DNA of 64,000 bases from Lytechinus pictus (taxonomy: Eukaryota), in NCBI RefSeq assembly GCF_037042905.1, contig NC_087245.1:10914001-10978000 (forward strand), in the 5' to 3' direction. Below, piece after piece: positions 53,019-64,000 of this stretch. The position numbers and the translations under genes are program-made. Position 1 is the first letter of the stretch. Each line of letters begins with the position of its first letter. The notes beneath the pieces were generated by a model, which did not search any database, was not told the origin of the DNA, and saw nothing but the letters and a program-made list of their open reading frames with translations.

Positions 53019-53360
53019 ACTCGTTCGTGTAATACAAGGCGGACATATGCTCTCCAAAATGGGGAAGAATGGGGTCGAAATAGCACTCAAAATAAAAGGG
53101 GAAAATATAAATTATGCACTTACCTTGATTATATGGATGAAGGTCTATCGTAAGACACAGAATCCTGACGTCGAGGCACAAACTGGACCCTTAAAAAAGG
53201 AAAATTTCTGTCTCGCTCGTTCTCCTGTCAAAATTGAAAACAAAATGACCTTCATCCATATAAATTGAGGTAAGTACATACTTTTATTTTGAGTGCTATT
53301 TCGACCCCATTCTACCCCATTTTGGAGAGCATATGTCCGTCTTGTATTACACGGACGAGT
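53019..53360. mobile_element. Palindromic MITE
   Basis: ACTCGTTCGTGTAATACAAGGCGGACATATGCTCTCCAAAATGGGG versus its reverse complement ending at 53360. Confidence 0.8.
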
Positions 53361-53672
53361 GAAAGTGCCCATATACAGTACATGTATGGCCAACATGCAT
53401 AGTTTTAAACTTGGATGGTAAATTATTGTGTGGTCAAATGCTTTTTGACATAGATCTAGACTTTAGATTGGAGCTTTCCATCTACCGTTACTGGCATGTG
53501 CAACTCTTGTGGACAGGTGTTACATGGGGTGGATATTGTGTTTCCATGCTATAGTATTCAAATACGATGTTCATCGCTAGCTGTTCATTTAATAATAACC
53601 TTTGCATAATCCTTGTTCACGTTCCCTTGAATAAACAAATTTGAATGTGCATTAAGACTTTAAAAGTCTTAA

Positions 53673-54246
53673 AGGGATGGTCCGGGCTGAAAGTATGTAT
53701 AGTTTAATAAATAGAGTAGAATTCACTGAGCAAAATGCCAAAAATTTCATCACAATCGGATAACAAACAACAAAGTTATTGAATTTTAAAGTTAAGCAAT
53801 ATTTTGTGAAAACAGTTGTCATGAATATTCATTAGGTGGGCTGATGATGTCACATCCCCACTTGTTCTTTTGTATTTTATTATATGAAATTAGGTTTATT
53901 TAAATTTTTTTCCTCCAAGAACTAGAAAAATTGGATTGACAACTGCATTAGATATTTATTGCTGCAACTCATTTCATTATAAGGGAGACATATTATTCAC
54001 ACAAGTATAAATAATGAAAAAAATATGATTTTATGTAATAACATAAGAAAACAGAAAGTGGGGATGTGACATCGTCAGCCCACCTAATGAATATTCATGA
54101 CAACTGTTTTCACAAAATATTGCTAAACTTTCAACTTCAATAACTTTATTATTTGTTATCCGATTTTGATGAAATTTTCAGCATTTTGCTCAGTGAATTC
54201 AACTCTATGTATTAAGATATAAATATTTTCAGCCCGGACCATCCCT
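53673..54246. mobile_element. TTAA-flanked foldback MITE, Kolobok-like family D
   Basis: TTAA-AGGGATGGTCCGGGCTGA ... TCAGCCCGGACCATCCCT-TTAA; arms of about 190 bp. Confidence 0.85.
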
Positions 54247-54348
54247 TTAATAACTTGGAAATAATACATGCGAACCTTATCTTTTTTTTTATTCGTTACA
54301 AGAATTTTGTGACAACTTGTGTGAAAGACTGGCAAGAGTGACTTCAGA

Positions 54349-54403
54349 ATGGCTGTACCAGAGCGTTGGTTGAACTGTCCTCGCAAGGGAACCTTGATTG
54401 CAG
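54349..54403 (+). CDS. RNGTT: RNGTT coding exon 1
   Basis: [18 protein letters not shown]; preceded by polypyrimidine/AG at about 54280-54302, implying an upstream 5' UTR exon. Confidence 0.92.
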
Positions 54404-57400
54404 GTAATCTACAAATGTACACGTCATCACCATGCTCCAAAATCTAAGATCACTTGTTGGTAAAGGGTCTTAATTTTGTTTTTTTAGTTTGTAGGCAAAT
54501 TGAGAAGTCATTGGGTAAAGCAGGCCTATCTTGAAAAAGGGAGGAAGTGGAGTCATCCACCCACCTTATGTTTGTTACAAGAATCAGTTATATTTTTTGT
54601 GCCAATGTTATTTCCTTTAGGCCTATCTTAAATATCATGCAATGAGAAATCAATCATTCATTGCATGGATCGATTTGTAACCATGCCTGAAGGGTGTTAC
54701 ACATGTACATGTAAGTGGCACTGGCATGTCTAGGAAGCAATAGGCTAACTAGGTAAACAAACAAGATTGGAAGGGGGTGGTAGCAATCATGAGATTTGTT
54801 AAGAAGAGTCTAGGACCTAGGTTGATGAGAACGGCAACTATCCAAAGTAGATGACAATCCATGTTTTGTCAAATTGATGCTGTCCAAAATTTAATTGGCT
54901 TTAATAGCCCTGAGGGCTTGCATGATGAACGGATTATATTATTCAAATACTAGTAAATGAGCCTTGCATATTTTTTCCATTTCCCTCTGATCTTTCACGT
55001 GAGATAAAAAGTCATTCCTGTTAATTCAGATCTGTCTTCACTGCATAGCAAAGAAGAAGTTTACCCTACATCAGTGAGAGTGACCGAATAGCTGCAGCTA
55101 CATCAAAATCTCAAGTTCTTAAGTTCTTGCAGAGCTGTCAACTATTAAAGAAAAGTCATAATTATTAGGATTTTCATGTCAAATTATGCCAATATACTTT
55201 TGACCCTAATTATTACTCGTTTTAGGGCAAATAATATGTTAACATTTAATACTATAAGGTAATATATAGGGCAGTGGTGAACTCGTCTGAAGGTGGCCAA
55301 TAATTCTCATTATTTGCATGATCGAGTATCTTTGTTTACATTCCTCAGAATGCTATCATCACATGTTTAAATACTGACTCAATCTTGTGGGTTTTTTCAC
55401 TTGGATTTATCATAGATTTACGCAAAAAAGAGAATACCAGAGATGATTCTGAATCTTGAATCTTAGCCTAAAAAGAAAGAGGATTCATTTCTTAAAGAAT
55501 ATGTTCCTTATATTACCTCTTCAAAAAGTTAATACCGCGTAGCACATATGAAATTATGACTTTTGAGCTTCTGGATTACTACTTTTTACTTTTAAAGGTT
55601 GGCAGCTCTGTTCTTGAAATATAAAAAAAAAATTGAAATTTAAGTGGTTTTTGCAAAGCTTTGAATGATGCACATGTAGATGAAGCCGCCATGAGTTGGA
55701 CTTGACCATGTAGAGTCATTTGGGCATAAAAATTCTGATGTGGAACCAAGTATGCCACCGAAAATAGGTGTTACAGACTCAGTCCGTGGACAAACTTACT
55801 CGTGGATGGATTTTCTTTGAATTTGGTAGTTTAAGAATAAGACCCAACTCAAATATAACTCTTGAAATTTTTTTATGGTACAATGAAACATGAAAGGAGA
55901 TGCAGTCCTATAAATGAACAATGGCAATGGAGAATATATTAAGATACTACCTAATATATTCTTTTTTTTTTTCAAACAGGAAAGTTTCTTCCCTTCAAGA
56001 CTCCACTTGGTCCAACATACAATGACAACATCCCAGAAGAGAACCGCTTTGATGTGTCAATGCTGTTTGCCTACATGACATCTAGGCAGGTCAAACTTGG
56101 ACTAGTCATTGATCTGACCAATACACATCGATTCTATGACAAGGAAGAAATTGAAGGGAATGAAGCAAGACACTTCAAGCTGCAGTGCAAGGGGTCAGTC
56201 TATTATATGTATTTACCTCACATTTCATTTAATTTTTTTGGCAACTTTTGTCACATTTGTGATTTATTAGTTATTCATTTCTTGATTTAATAGTTGTGTT
56301 AATTATATATTTTGGGAGTGGGATAGAAGAATAGTTATGATATACATGTTAGATTGTAATTTGAATTGAGGAACCATGACCCCCATAAATCCATGTGTGC
56401 CCATGGTTTAAAACATAAATATTATGTACAAAGATTCAATCCATCATTCTGAAGAATAAATGTTATATCAGCACAGATGAACAGATTGCCTAGACTTTTG
56501 GCCTGTTGTATTAAAAGTGTAATTGATGATCTCCCCCAAATTAAAATACAGTTCTCATTGTAGGCTAATGATTGGCTAATACAGACATGTGTTTTCTATT
56601 TAAATGCATTTTTTTGTGTAACTGGTCCTATGCCAATGGTTAAAACTCATCATTTGTGACTATAGGTAGGTCTGTTCCATAACCCAAGATCTAGGTTTTA
56701 AAAAATTTACTCTTTTTCCCCCACAGGCGTGGTGAATGCCCATCCCGAGAACAGACATCTCTTTTCATCCAGATCTGTGGTACATTCGTAGGCAAGAATC
56801 CTGATCAGATCATAGGTGTTCATTGTACTCATGGATTTAACAGGACTGGTTTCCTTATTTGTGCCTACCTGGTAGAAAACTTGGACTGGAGGTAGGTTCA
56901 GCCAGTGAAACTTACACACACCTCATTTTCCTTTTTTCTGAATTTTTTTATTGTTAGATTTGTTTTTTTCAGGGATGCCTCATCAGTTATATTAACTGTA
57001 TCTCTGGGATGGAATAGATGAATTTGAATGAGGTTGATGATGATGATCATGTCTTTATCTGGGGTTTGTGTACAGGGAGGAGTGTGAAAACAGGCATAGG
57101 CAGATGCTCAAGTTCATTTAGTGGGTGTTCCAAGGGGATTTAAGGATCAAAATGTATACAACTGTGTATATGAAGGGAGGATGAAGCCATGAATGTTGGA
57201 TTTCCTCTTGCCATGATCTATCACAAAGGTATCATAGTCACCTTTGGAGCCTATTATTAACACTTTTGTCCAACAAGTTGTCAGATCTAACAACTTTCCT
57301 AACTTATGATTTGCGTAGTGTGTCTGATTGTTGCTATGGTCACTTTGATCACTTTCAGTACCATTAAAAGTGGCAACACATAATATTGGTGTGCCCAAAT

Positions 57401-60400
57401 ATAATTTTTCGTTAAAAGATAATTCATGGAAACGGTCATTAACTTTTTTTTTGCTTATCAGTGTGGATGCAGCAGTAAGTTTGTTTGCTCAGGGCAGGCC
57501 TCCAGGAATTTACAAAGGAGACTATATCCAAGAACTTTTTCATCGCTATGGTGATGTGTCAGAAGCCCCTCCCCCTCCTGACCTACCCGACTGGTGTGTT
57601 GGTGAGTTCAACATTATCACAGTTTACTGGTGGGCATTTTTAATATAGCATTTAGGATTCAGGTAATAGTATAACAAAATAAATTATCATAGGAAATGAA
57701 ATGAAGTGAAATGGAGAAAAATGGGTTCAGACATAAAAAATTGCCCTTATCTGTACTGTGCCCCCACATCCATTTGATTGATGAAGGCAATTCAAGAGTA
57801 TTTAGCAGGATAGCAACAGTTCATTTTGATTTTAAATTTGAAACAATATTGAGCTAGTGATGATGTACATGTACATAACTGAATTGCTATTGACATCTTC
57901 ACTGTTCCAGAGAACTTATCTCGTTTACATATTCAGTTGAAGTGTGAGTGGGTGTGTGTGCATGTGTGGTTATTTCACAGAAGTGTGCCAGTGTAATATG
58001 ATTATCAATAACTGATGAAACTAAATTTCCAAAATACAAAACTGCGTCAGTTTATGACTCATCTTGTATTGCTGTATTACAGGTGTATGCTACAATGGTG
58101 CATGCCACAACTGCTGTTGATAGTTTTATTCAATGTTATCTGAATTACAGAAAATGCTGGTAAAACCCAAAATGTGTTACATTGGCTATTCAGAAAAAAA
58201 ATAGTCTCCTATTTGTTGATACAATCGCTGAACAAAAAAGTGTAAACATTCACCCAATATTCACTAATTTTTTTTTTACATTGTAGGAGCTGATGACAGG
58301 GATGATGATGAAATAGAAGGTTCTTCAAAGAAACAGGGAGGAGGAGGCAAAAGTAAAAGCCAACATGATAAACAGGTTAGTTACAAAAACAATAGCTTTT
58401 CCCCCTTGAGGAGTCTAAAATTACGTGTCATTTGATAATTTTCACAATAGCATATCAAAATTATCTTGACTTATTATGTTCGAAGTGCCATGGAGCCTAA
58501 ACCCTAATAAGACTGGGGTGGGCTGATTCAAGCCCCCCCCTCAACATTTTTCGCAATAAATCTGTAATGCAATTTGTCAAATTCTCGGGTTGTTCCAAAT
58601 TTTGAAACTGTTACACACTGTTTGGCCCAATTTTAGGACACAATTGAGCTTTAAGGTATAAATTTATTATGTCATGTGTGTAATATCCATGTTTTATGAT
58701 CAAATAAAATAGGAAATTTTCACAATTATCTGTTTTCAACACAAACCACTTCCCATGAAACTGGCGGCATCATAGGTCACCACCAAAGGCTACAGTGCTC
58801 CTGTGTATTCCTTTAGAAATTGGAAGATGCATGAATTAATCCATTAGGAGTTCATTGTCAATCCATTCTTGAAAACATGCAAATATCCATATTCTTCTCT
58901 TGTTACACTACCTTGTATTGTCACTTAAATATTTATAAAGCATGCTTTAGGTCTGTGACTCACCAAGCAGTAAAACTAAATTGTTTTAGAAACAGAAAAT
59001 AATGAAATGTTTTGAGTTTGATTCTTTTATTTTGTCTTTAAAAAATTAGTTCATGGAAGGTGTCGAGGGAGTTCGAGTTGTCACAGATTTCCAGAAAGCC
59101 AACCATCTGAGAAGAAAAGTGGAAAAAATGGTTGGATGGAGAAGGTGAGATTCCTGATGCTCCTTTTCAGTTACATGTGATTAAAAATCCATATTTGGGA
59201 TGAGATTATACACATTTCTACATACATTGCTATGAAAGAAGGTATTCCTGTAATTAATGATAATAAATGATAATGGTGGCTTCTTATATAGCACATAGGT
59301 CCACCTTTCGGTGCTCATGTCGCCACAAGCAATAATAGAAAACAAAAAAGAATAGAATTTTGAATTCTCCTGAATAATAATAACAGTTAATAACATTATT
59401 AACTGTTAATGGGAGAACAAATAAGTTTTCAGTTGGGACTTGAATTTTTCTGTTGATGAAATTTGGCGTAAAAGCCGCGTAATGCAATTGATTCTATAGC
59501 TTTGGTCCTATTACAGAGAATGCATGGTCCCTCCATTTGTGTTTGTGAAAAGCTATTGTTTAGCCACTTGGAGTATGCATTTTTTTTTTCAAGATTTGAT
59601 TGAAAAAATTGGCTTATTATGTCTACACTGTTTGACACCAAATGTGCATGCTGGTCAGCTCTGATGGCATATGGCTGTGCAGAGCTTGGCTATGATGATA
59701 CACCATCTCATATCCGTCAGTGATGGATAGCCAAAATGAAATGATCTCAAGCGCTCATTATAAGTTCATTCCCTCTAATTATTATCACAATTTCAATCTA
59801 CATGTAGTGATCATGAATTCATGAATAATATCAGAGCTTTTATTATGATCATCCTGAAATATTTGTGTGATTATTTCAAAGTATGTTGCAGAGCTGTGTA
59901 GGTGGCACCTCTAACGTACAGCACAGTATTATATGTCTTTGCATTTACATTGATGGGAGAAAATGGGAAGTTGTAAAATGGAAATTTACTGATCTAAGTG
60001 ACTAGCACATGTTGCAGGCTAATCAGACACATGCCTTCAATATTCTTTTTGCTGCCTGCGGGTGACATGAGCATTGATTATTTATGTCATACTTTTACAT
60101 AAGCCTAAAATGATATTTGGTTTCACAGACAGGAGTTCCCAGGTAGTCAGCCTGTTTCTATGGATAGAAACAATGTCAATTTCCTCAAGAAGAATTACTA
60201 TTGGGTCAGCTGGAAAGCAGATGGAATCAGGTAGATAAATTCCTTTGTTCTCACCAGTGCACACCTGTTTTGTTTTCATTTTGCACCACTATGTATTTTG
60301 CTCTTACTCCTGCAGCCAAGTGAGTTGGGGGTGGGGGCGGGGTGTCAACATAGCTGGATAGGGATTCAGTTTTCATGCTCATGGATATCAAGATTGATAA

Positions 60401-62620
60401 TAAACAAATGGGCCATCTTGCATGTTCTATCTGGTGGTGTGGTCAGGTAGAAACTAACAGCCCTCTCAGTGAGTCTCTTAGTCCAGATTAGTTTCCACTG
60501 CTAAAATCAACCAACACAGAAGGGTTCAAAATTGACTTGGGGGAATTTGAGGATGTTTTAGAAATATTCTCATTTATGTAAAAATTGTTATCAAAGACAT
60601 ACTATATGAAACCATAATTTCTTTTGCATGATGTGAATGTATATTTTGAGTTGCTGTACAAAAATTAGTGCAGTTTTATTCATATGTATGCATTATCATT
60701 GTACCATTCGTTTTTTGTCTCGCCTGAACGAAGTTCGGCAGAGACCTACAGTAGTAATCACTTTTCCTCTTGGTGCGTTGGTCTGTTAGAAAATGTTAAA
60801 GGTTTTGTTCTACTTACTCTCATTTCTTTATTTTTGCATTAATTTTGTATATACTTGGTACATAAGATCCTTGGGTAATACCACATGTGACCTTATGAGA
60901 ATGATGGAGTCAAAGGTCATTTTGGGGTCAAAAGGTCAAATGATATGAGGTCTTGTCCATCCTTCATTGAAGTTTTGTGTAATTTGCTCTCATTTCTTTA
61001 TTTCTGAATCAATTTTGACCACACTTGGTTCAAATGATCATTGGGTGATGCCACATGTGTGTTGTTGAGGATGATGAGGTCAAAGATTATCTAAATGTCA
61101 AAAGGTCAAGTTTTGTTAAAATTGCTCTCCTTTCTTTTTTTCCCTACATCAGTTATGTTCACATTTAATACAAATGATCATTGGTTAATACCGCATATGT
61201 GTTAATTATGAGGTCATGTCCATCATTTTTTCAAGTTTTTGTTCAACTTGCTCTTATTTCTTTATGTATGCATCAATTGTGTTTAGACTCGCTACAAATG
61301 ATCTGTGGGTAATAGATACCACACGTGTGTTCTTCAGGATGATAAGGTCAAAGGTCATCAAGGGGTCAAAAGATCATATTGCATATTTTGTTAATTGCGA
61401 AATCAGGTGAGACTCGTTCATGAACCACCTTGTGCTCAATTATTAACAGTTACCTCCATTTTGATAGATATTTTGACCTTTATTTTAGTTTGAAATTAGT
61501 TAGAAATGTATGGTATCTTCAATAACTTTGTAATTTGAATTACTTTTGAAAATTTGTTAGGTACATGATGTTAATAGATGGTCCAGGAGAAGTGTATCTG
61601 TTTGATAGAGACCATGTTGTCTTTTCTGCTCCTCAACTTTCATTCCCGAATCGCAAGGGGCCACATCGGGATACTCTTGTCGATGGAGTGAGTATGGATT
61701 GTGACACATGATTCTTCATTGTTGGAAGAAGGGGGTGGATGTTAACTATGAGTATCAATTCAGCAAGTGGATTATATTGTTATGAATATTTTATTTGATC
61801 TGATGTGATTTCATTCTGGGATCATTGTTCCCTTTCAAGCGTTCAAAGAAAATGAATGTCCCTACCACAATCCATCATTAATTGTTTTTATTGTACTATT
61901 TTTATCTTTGCTCTCTCACAATATTCTCATGTATAACCTGTTTTTTGATAATTAATTTATAATTTGATATCTTCTCTTTGTTCTGCCATAAAAGATGGTT
62001 GGCATTATTTGATACATGCCTTTCCATAGCAGGCGCAAACAATGTTTATATTTCGATACAGTCGATCATAATGTGACTTAACATTTTACAATTTTTTAAA
62101 AGACTTCATAGTTCAAATTCATAATCAAAATTGAATTATAATAATAATATGCAACATTTATATAATGCATATTACAAATGTTTTTAAGTGCTGCACACTA
62201 TTACCCCAGCTTTAGCACAGCTACCCTGATCGGGCGCTCAAACATTCAAAGAATTCGTTCTTACCGGGTGCCCATTTACTACACCTGGGTGAAGAGTGGC
62301 AAGTTTAGATAAATGCCTTGCCAAAGGACGCGAGTGCTGTGGTGGAATTTGAACCCCGGACCTTTGTGGTTCATAGTCCGAAGACTTACCCAGTGAGCCA
62401 CAACACCTTTAATTAACTTGACATGAGGTCCATAGAGTTACACTTGTTACTTATGGTGTTGACCAGAAACTGCTTTCAGTTCTTTCTCTGCCTTCCTGTG
62501 TGGTTTCTTCTTCAAATTCACCCAACTTGTATTTCTTTTTGCTTACAGGAAATGATTATTGATACAGTGGATGGTAAATCACATGCAAGGTATCTGATCT
62601 ATGACATCATCAAGTATTGG
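54349..62620 (+). CDS. RNGTT: mRNA capping enzyme (RNA triphosphatase + guanylyltransferase), spliced, 3' part outside the window
   Basis: Exons 54349-54403, 55980-56193, 56727-56891, 57462-57601, 58287-58375, 59050-59144, 60129-60230, 61561-61687, 62549-62620 (353 codons, phases consistent). Motifs [29 protein letters not shown] (cysteine triphosphatase P-loop), [14 protein letters not shown] (GTase motif I), LVDGEM, YLIYDII. Confidence 0.96.
55980..56193 (+). CDS. RNGTT: RNGTT coding exon 2
   Basis: [23 protein letters not shown]...[12 protein letters not shown]...KLQCKG. Confidence 0.95.
56727..56891 (+). CDS. RNGTT: RNGTT coding exon 3 (triphosphatase active site)
   Basis: [10 protein letters not shown]...[26 protein letters not shown]. 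Confidence 0.96.
57462..57601 (+). CDS. RNGTT: RNGTT coding exon 4
   Basis: [46 protein letters not shown]. Confidence 0.95.
58287..58375 (+). CDS. RNGTT: RNGTT coding exon 5 (acidic/basic linker)
   Basis: [29 protein letters not shown], phase fits. Confidence 0.85.
59050..59144 (+). CDS. RNGTT: RNGTT coding exon 6
   Basis: [31 protein letters not shown]. Confidence 0.9.
60129..60230 (+). CDS. RNGTT: RNGTT coding exon 7 (KxDG motif)
   Basis: [33 protein letters not shown](R). Confidence 0.95.
60711..61433 (+). mobile_element. Helentron/HINE-like element in RNGTT intron 7
   Basis: TTTTTTGTCTCGCCTGAA start with hairpin, internal GGTCAAAGGTCA tandem units, CAGGTGAGAC..CTTGT end. Confidence 0.7.
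61561..61687 (+). CDS. RNGTT: RNGTT coding exon 8
   Basis: [42 protein letters not shown]. Confidence 0.95.
62137..62407 (-). mobile_element. tRNA-derived SINE
   Basis: Head GGTGTTGTGGCTCACTGG..GGTTCAAATTCC (A/B boxes), core GCCACTCTTCACCCAGGTG, (ATT)n tail. Confidence 0.8.
62549..62620 (+). CDS. RNGTT: RNGTT coding exon 9
   Basis: [24 protein letters not shown]. Confidence 0.93.
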
Positions 62621-62850
62621 GTAACTTAACATTGATTATAAGCTACTCTAAATGTTTGTCATTTAGTTCCACACATGTGATGAGATATCCCCCCCCCCCT
62701 CTCTCAGCAGACCAATAGTAGTAACAAAACTGCATCAGAATATATCCTGTTCCATTGTTAATCAGCTCATCTTGTTGTTAATAGTTCATTCTAGTTAGAA
62801 GTGTGAAAATGTGACAATATATTAGCACACTCTGGTAATCTTTGAATTAA

Positions 62851-63444
62851 AGGGGAATCCAGCCTTGGCCATAAAGTGTTGTGTTGGGAAGGATAAAAAA
62901 TAATTAAAAGAATGGTGAAAGTTTGAAAGAAATCGGACAAGAAATAAGAAAGTTATAGCTGCTTTAAAATTGAGATCACTATTAGTATGTAGATTTCAAA
63001 TTGGCAACTGGGTAAGCAAATTATGACAAGGGGCAAGGACAACTTTCCCATAGGCCATGTACATTATTATCAGGGATTTGTGGTTTTCTCCTAAGTACCC
63101 ATTCCCCTGGGGCAGTAATCTAAATATAACCCAGGTAATATATTGTTTAATGTCCTCATGAAAGAAAAATATAATTTGAAATAAACATTTTGGGAAAAAT
63201 GACATTTTAGCCATAATGTGTAGCGGAGTACATGGAAGAGTAGTCCTTGCCTTACATCACTGTGACATCACATATGCGGCCAATTTGAAGTCTCCATGAG
63301 TATAGTGATTACCAATATTTACAACTTTTAAAAATTCATAACTTTCTTGTTGTTTGTCCGATATTGTTCAAACTTTCACCTATCAACTTGTCTGATTTTT
63401 CTTTTCCTTATAAAAACAAGTTTTTATTTGGGTTGGATTCCCCT
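62851..63444. mobile_element. Kolobok-like MITE family C
   Basis: TTAA-AGGGGAATCCAGCC ... GGTTGGATTCCCCT-TTAA. Confidence 0.85.
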
Positions 63445-64000
63445 TTAATACCAAGCTCTATCTGTTTTATATGTTTTCCCTCAGTGAAAGGGTAATTGTT
63501 GTTTACATCCTGTTATTGATTTTCTTTCCTCCTCTGTTGAAAGGCGAGAGAACCTAAACTTCTTAATGTTGAGCAATGACAATCAACTACCTGATTACTT
63601 TGTTTTATGTCACTTTAAAGGTGGTCAGCATTGCACATTGAAGTGTTTTTTATATAAAATTTTAATAAATTCTTGCTTGTGAGTTGTGATGTTACTAAAT
63701 GATAAATAATAAATTAAAAATATAATTTTAAAGAGAAAAATCTCCTTCGAACTCACATACATTTATAAATTTCAATGTGAAAGAATATCATCTATCATAA
63801 TTAGATCACCAAAGGAGAGAAAGGAACAGGACAGATAGAGAAAGAGAAGAGAAGAAGAAAAGAAAGTAGATGAGGAAAACAATGTCATCATCAGTATGAA
63901 TGAATTGCTTTCAATATCTTTATCAAACAGAGCAAACCAGTCGGTGAATGTGACTTTGGTTGGAGAAGAAGATGTATTCATGATGAGATAATTGCACCTA

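Noticed and set aside
60125..60132. Alternative tandem acceptor (CAG-A-CAG) in RNGTT exon 7
   Set aside because: A 4-nt shift breaks the frame; only 60129 preserves FPGSQP.
63772..63990. Next RNGTT exon or a new gene
   Set aside because: GA-rich, interrupted by stops, and no capping-enzyme motifs in any frame examined.

Overview
AT-rich, intron-containing animal genomic DNA; the repeat content resembles that of echinoderms such as sea urchins (inference). Three spliced genes were reconstructed by hand from GT-AG boundaries and reading phase. (1) A mitochondrial ALDH2-type aldehyde dehydrogenase on the minus strand, ATG at 22253, 11 coding exons visible, running off the left edge. (2) A complete five-exon MAIP1 (C2orf47-like) gene on the minus strand, 39795..34259, 295 aa. 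(3) The 5' part of the mRNA capping enzyme RNGTT on the plus strand, ATG at 54349, 9 coding exons, running off the right edge. Introns and intergenic DNA are dense with non-autonomous transposons: TTAA-flanked Kolobok-like foldbacks, hAT MITEs with 8-bp TSDs, Helentron/HINE-like elements, tRNA-derived SINEs, and a 5'-truncated Tx1/L1-like LINE inserted in a CACT-ended MITE. The most striking structure is a cluster upstream of RNGTT of TA-ended elements built from terminal hairpin modules with 9-bp TSDs. It includes a 49-bp solo hairpin and a four-level nest. ALDH2 intron 5 also holds exon-like remnants encoding membrane-helix-like peptides. Most short ORFs in the supplied track are spurious. 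Family assignments are from recall; no database search was run.
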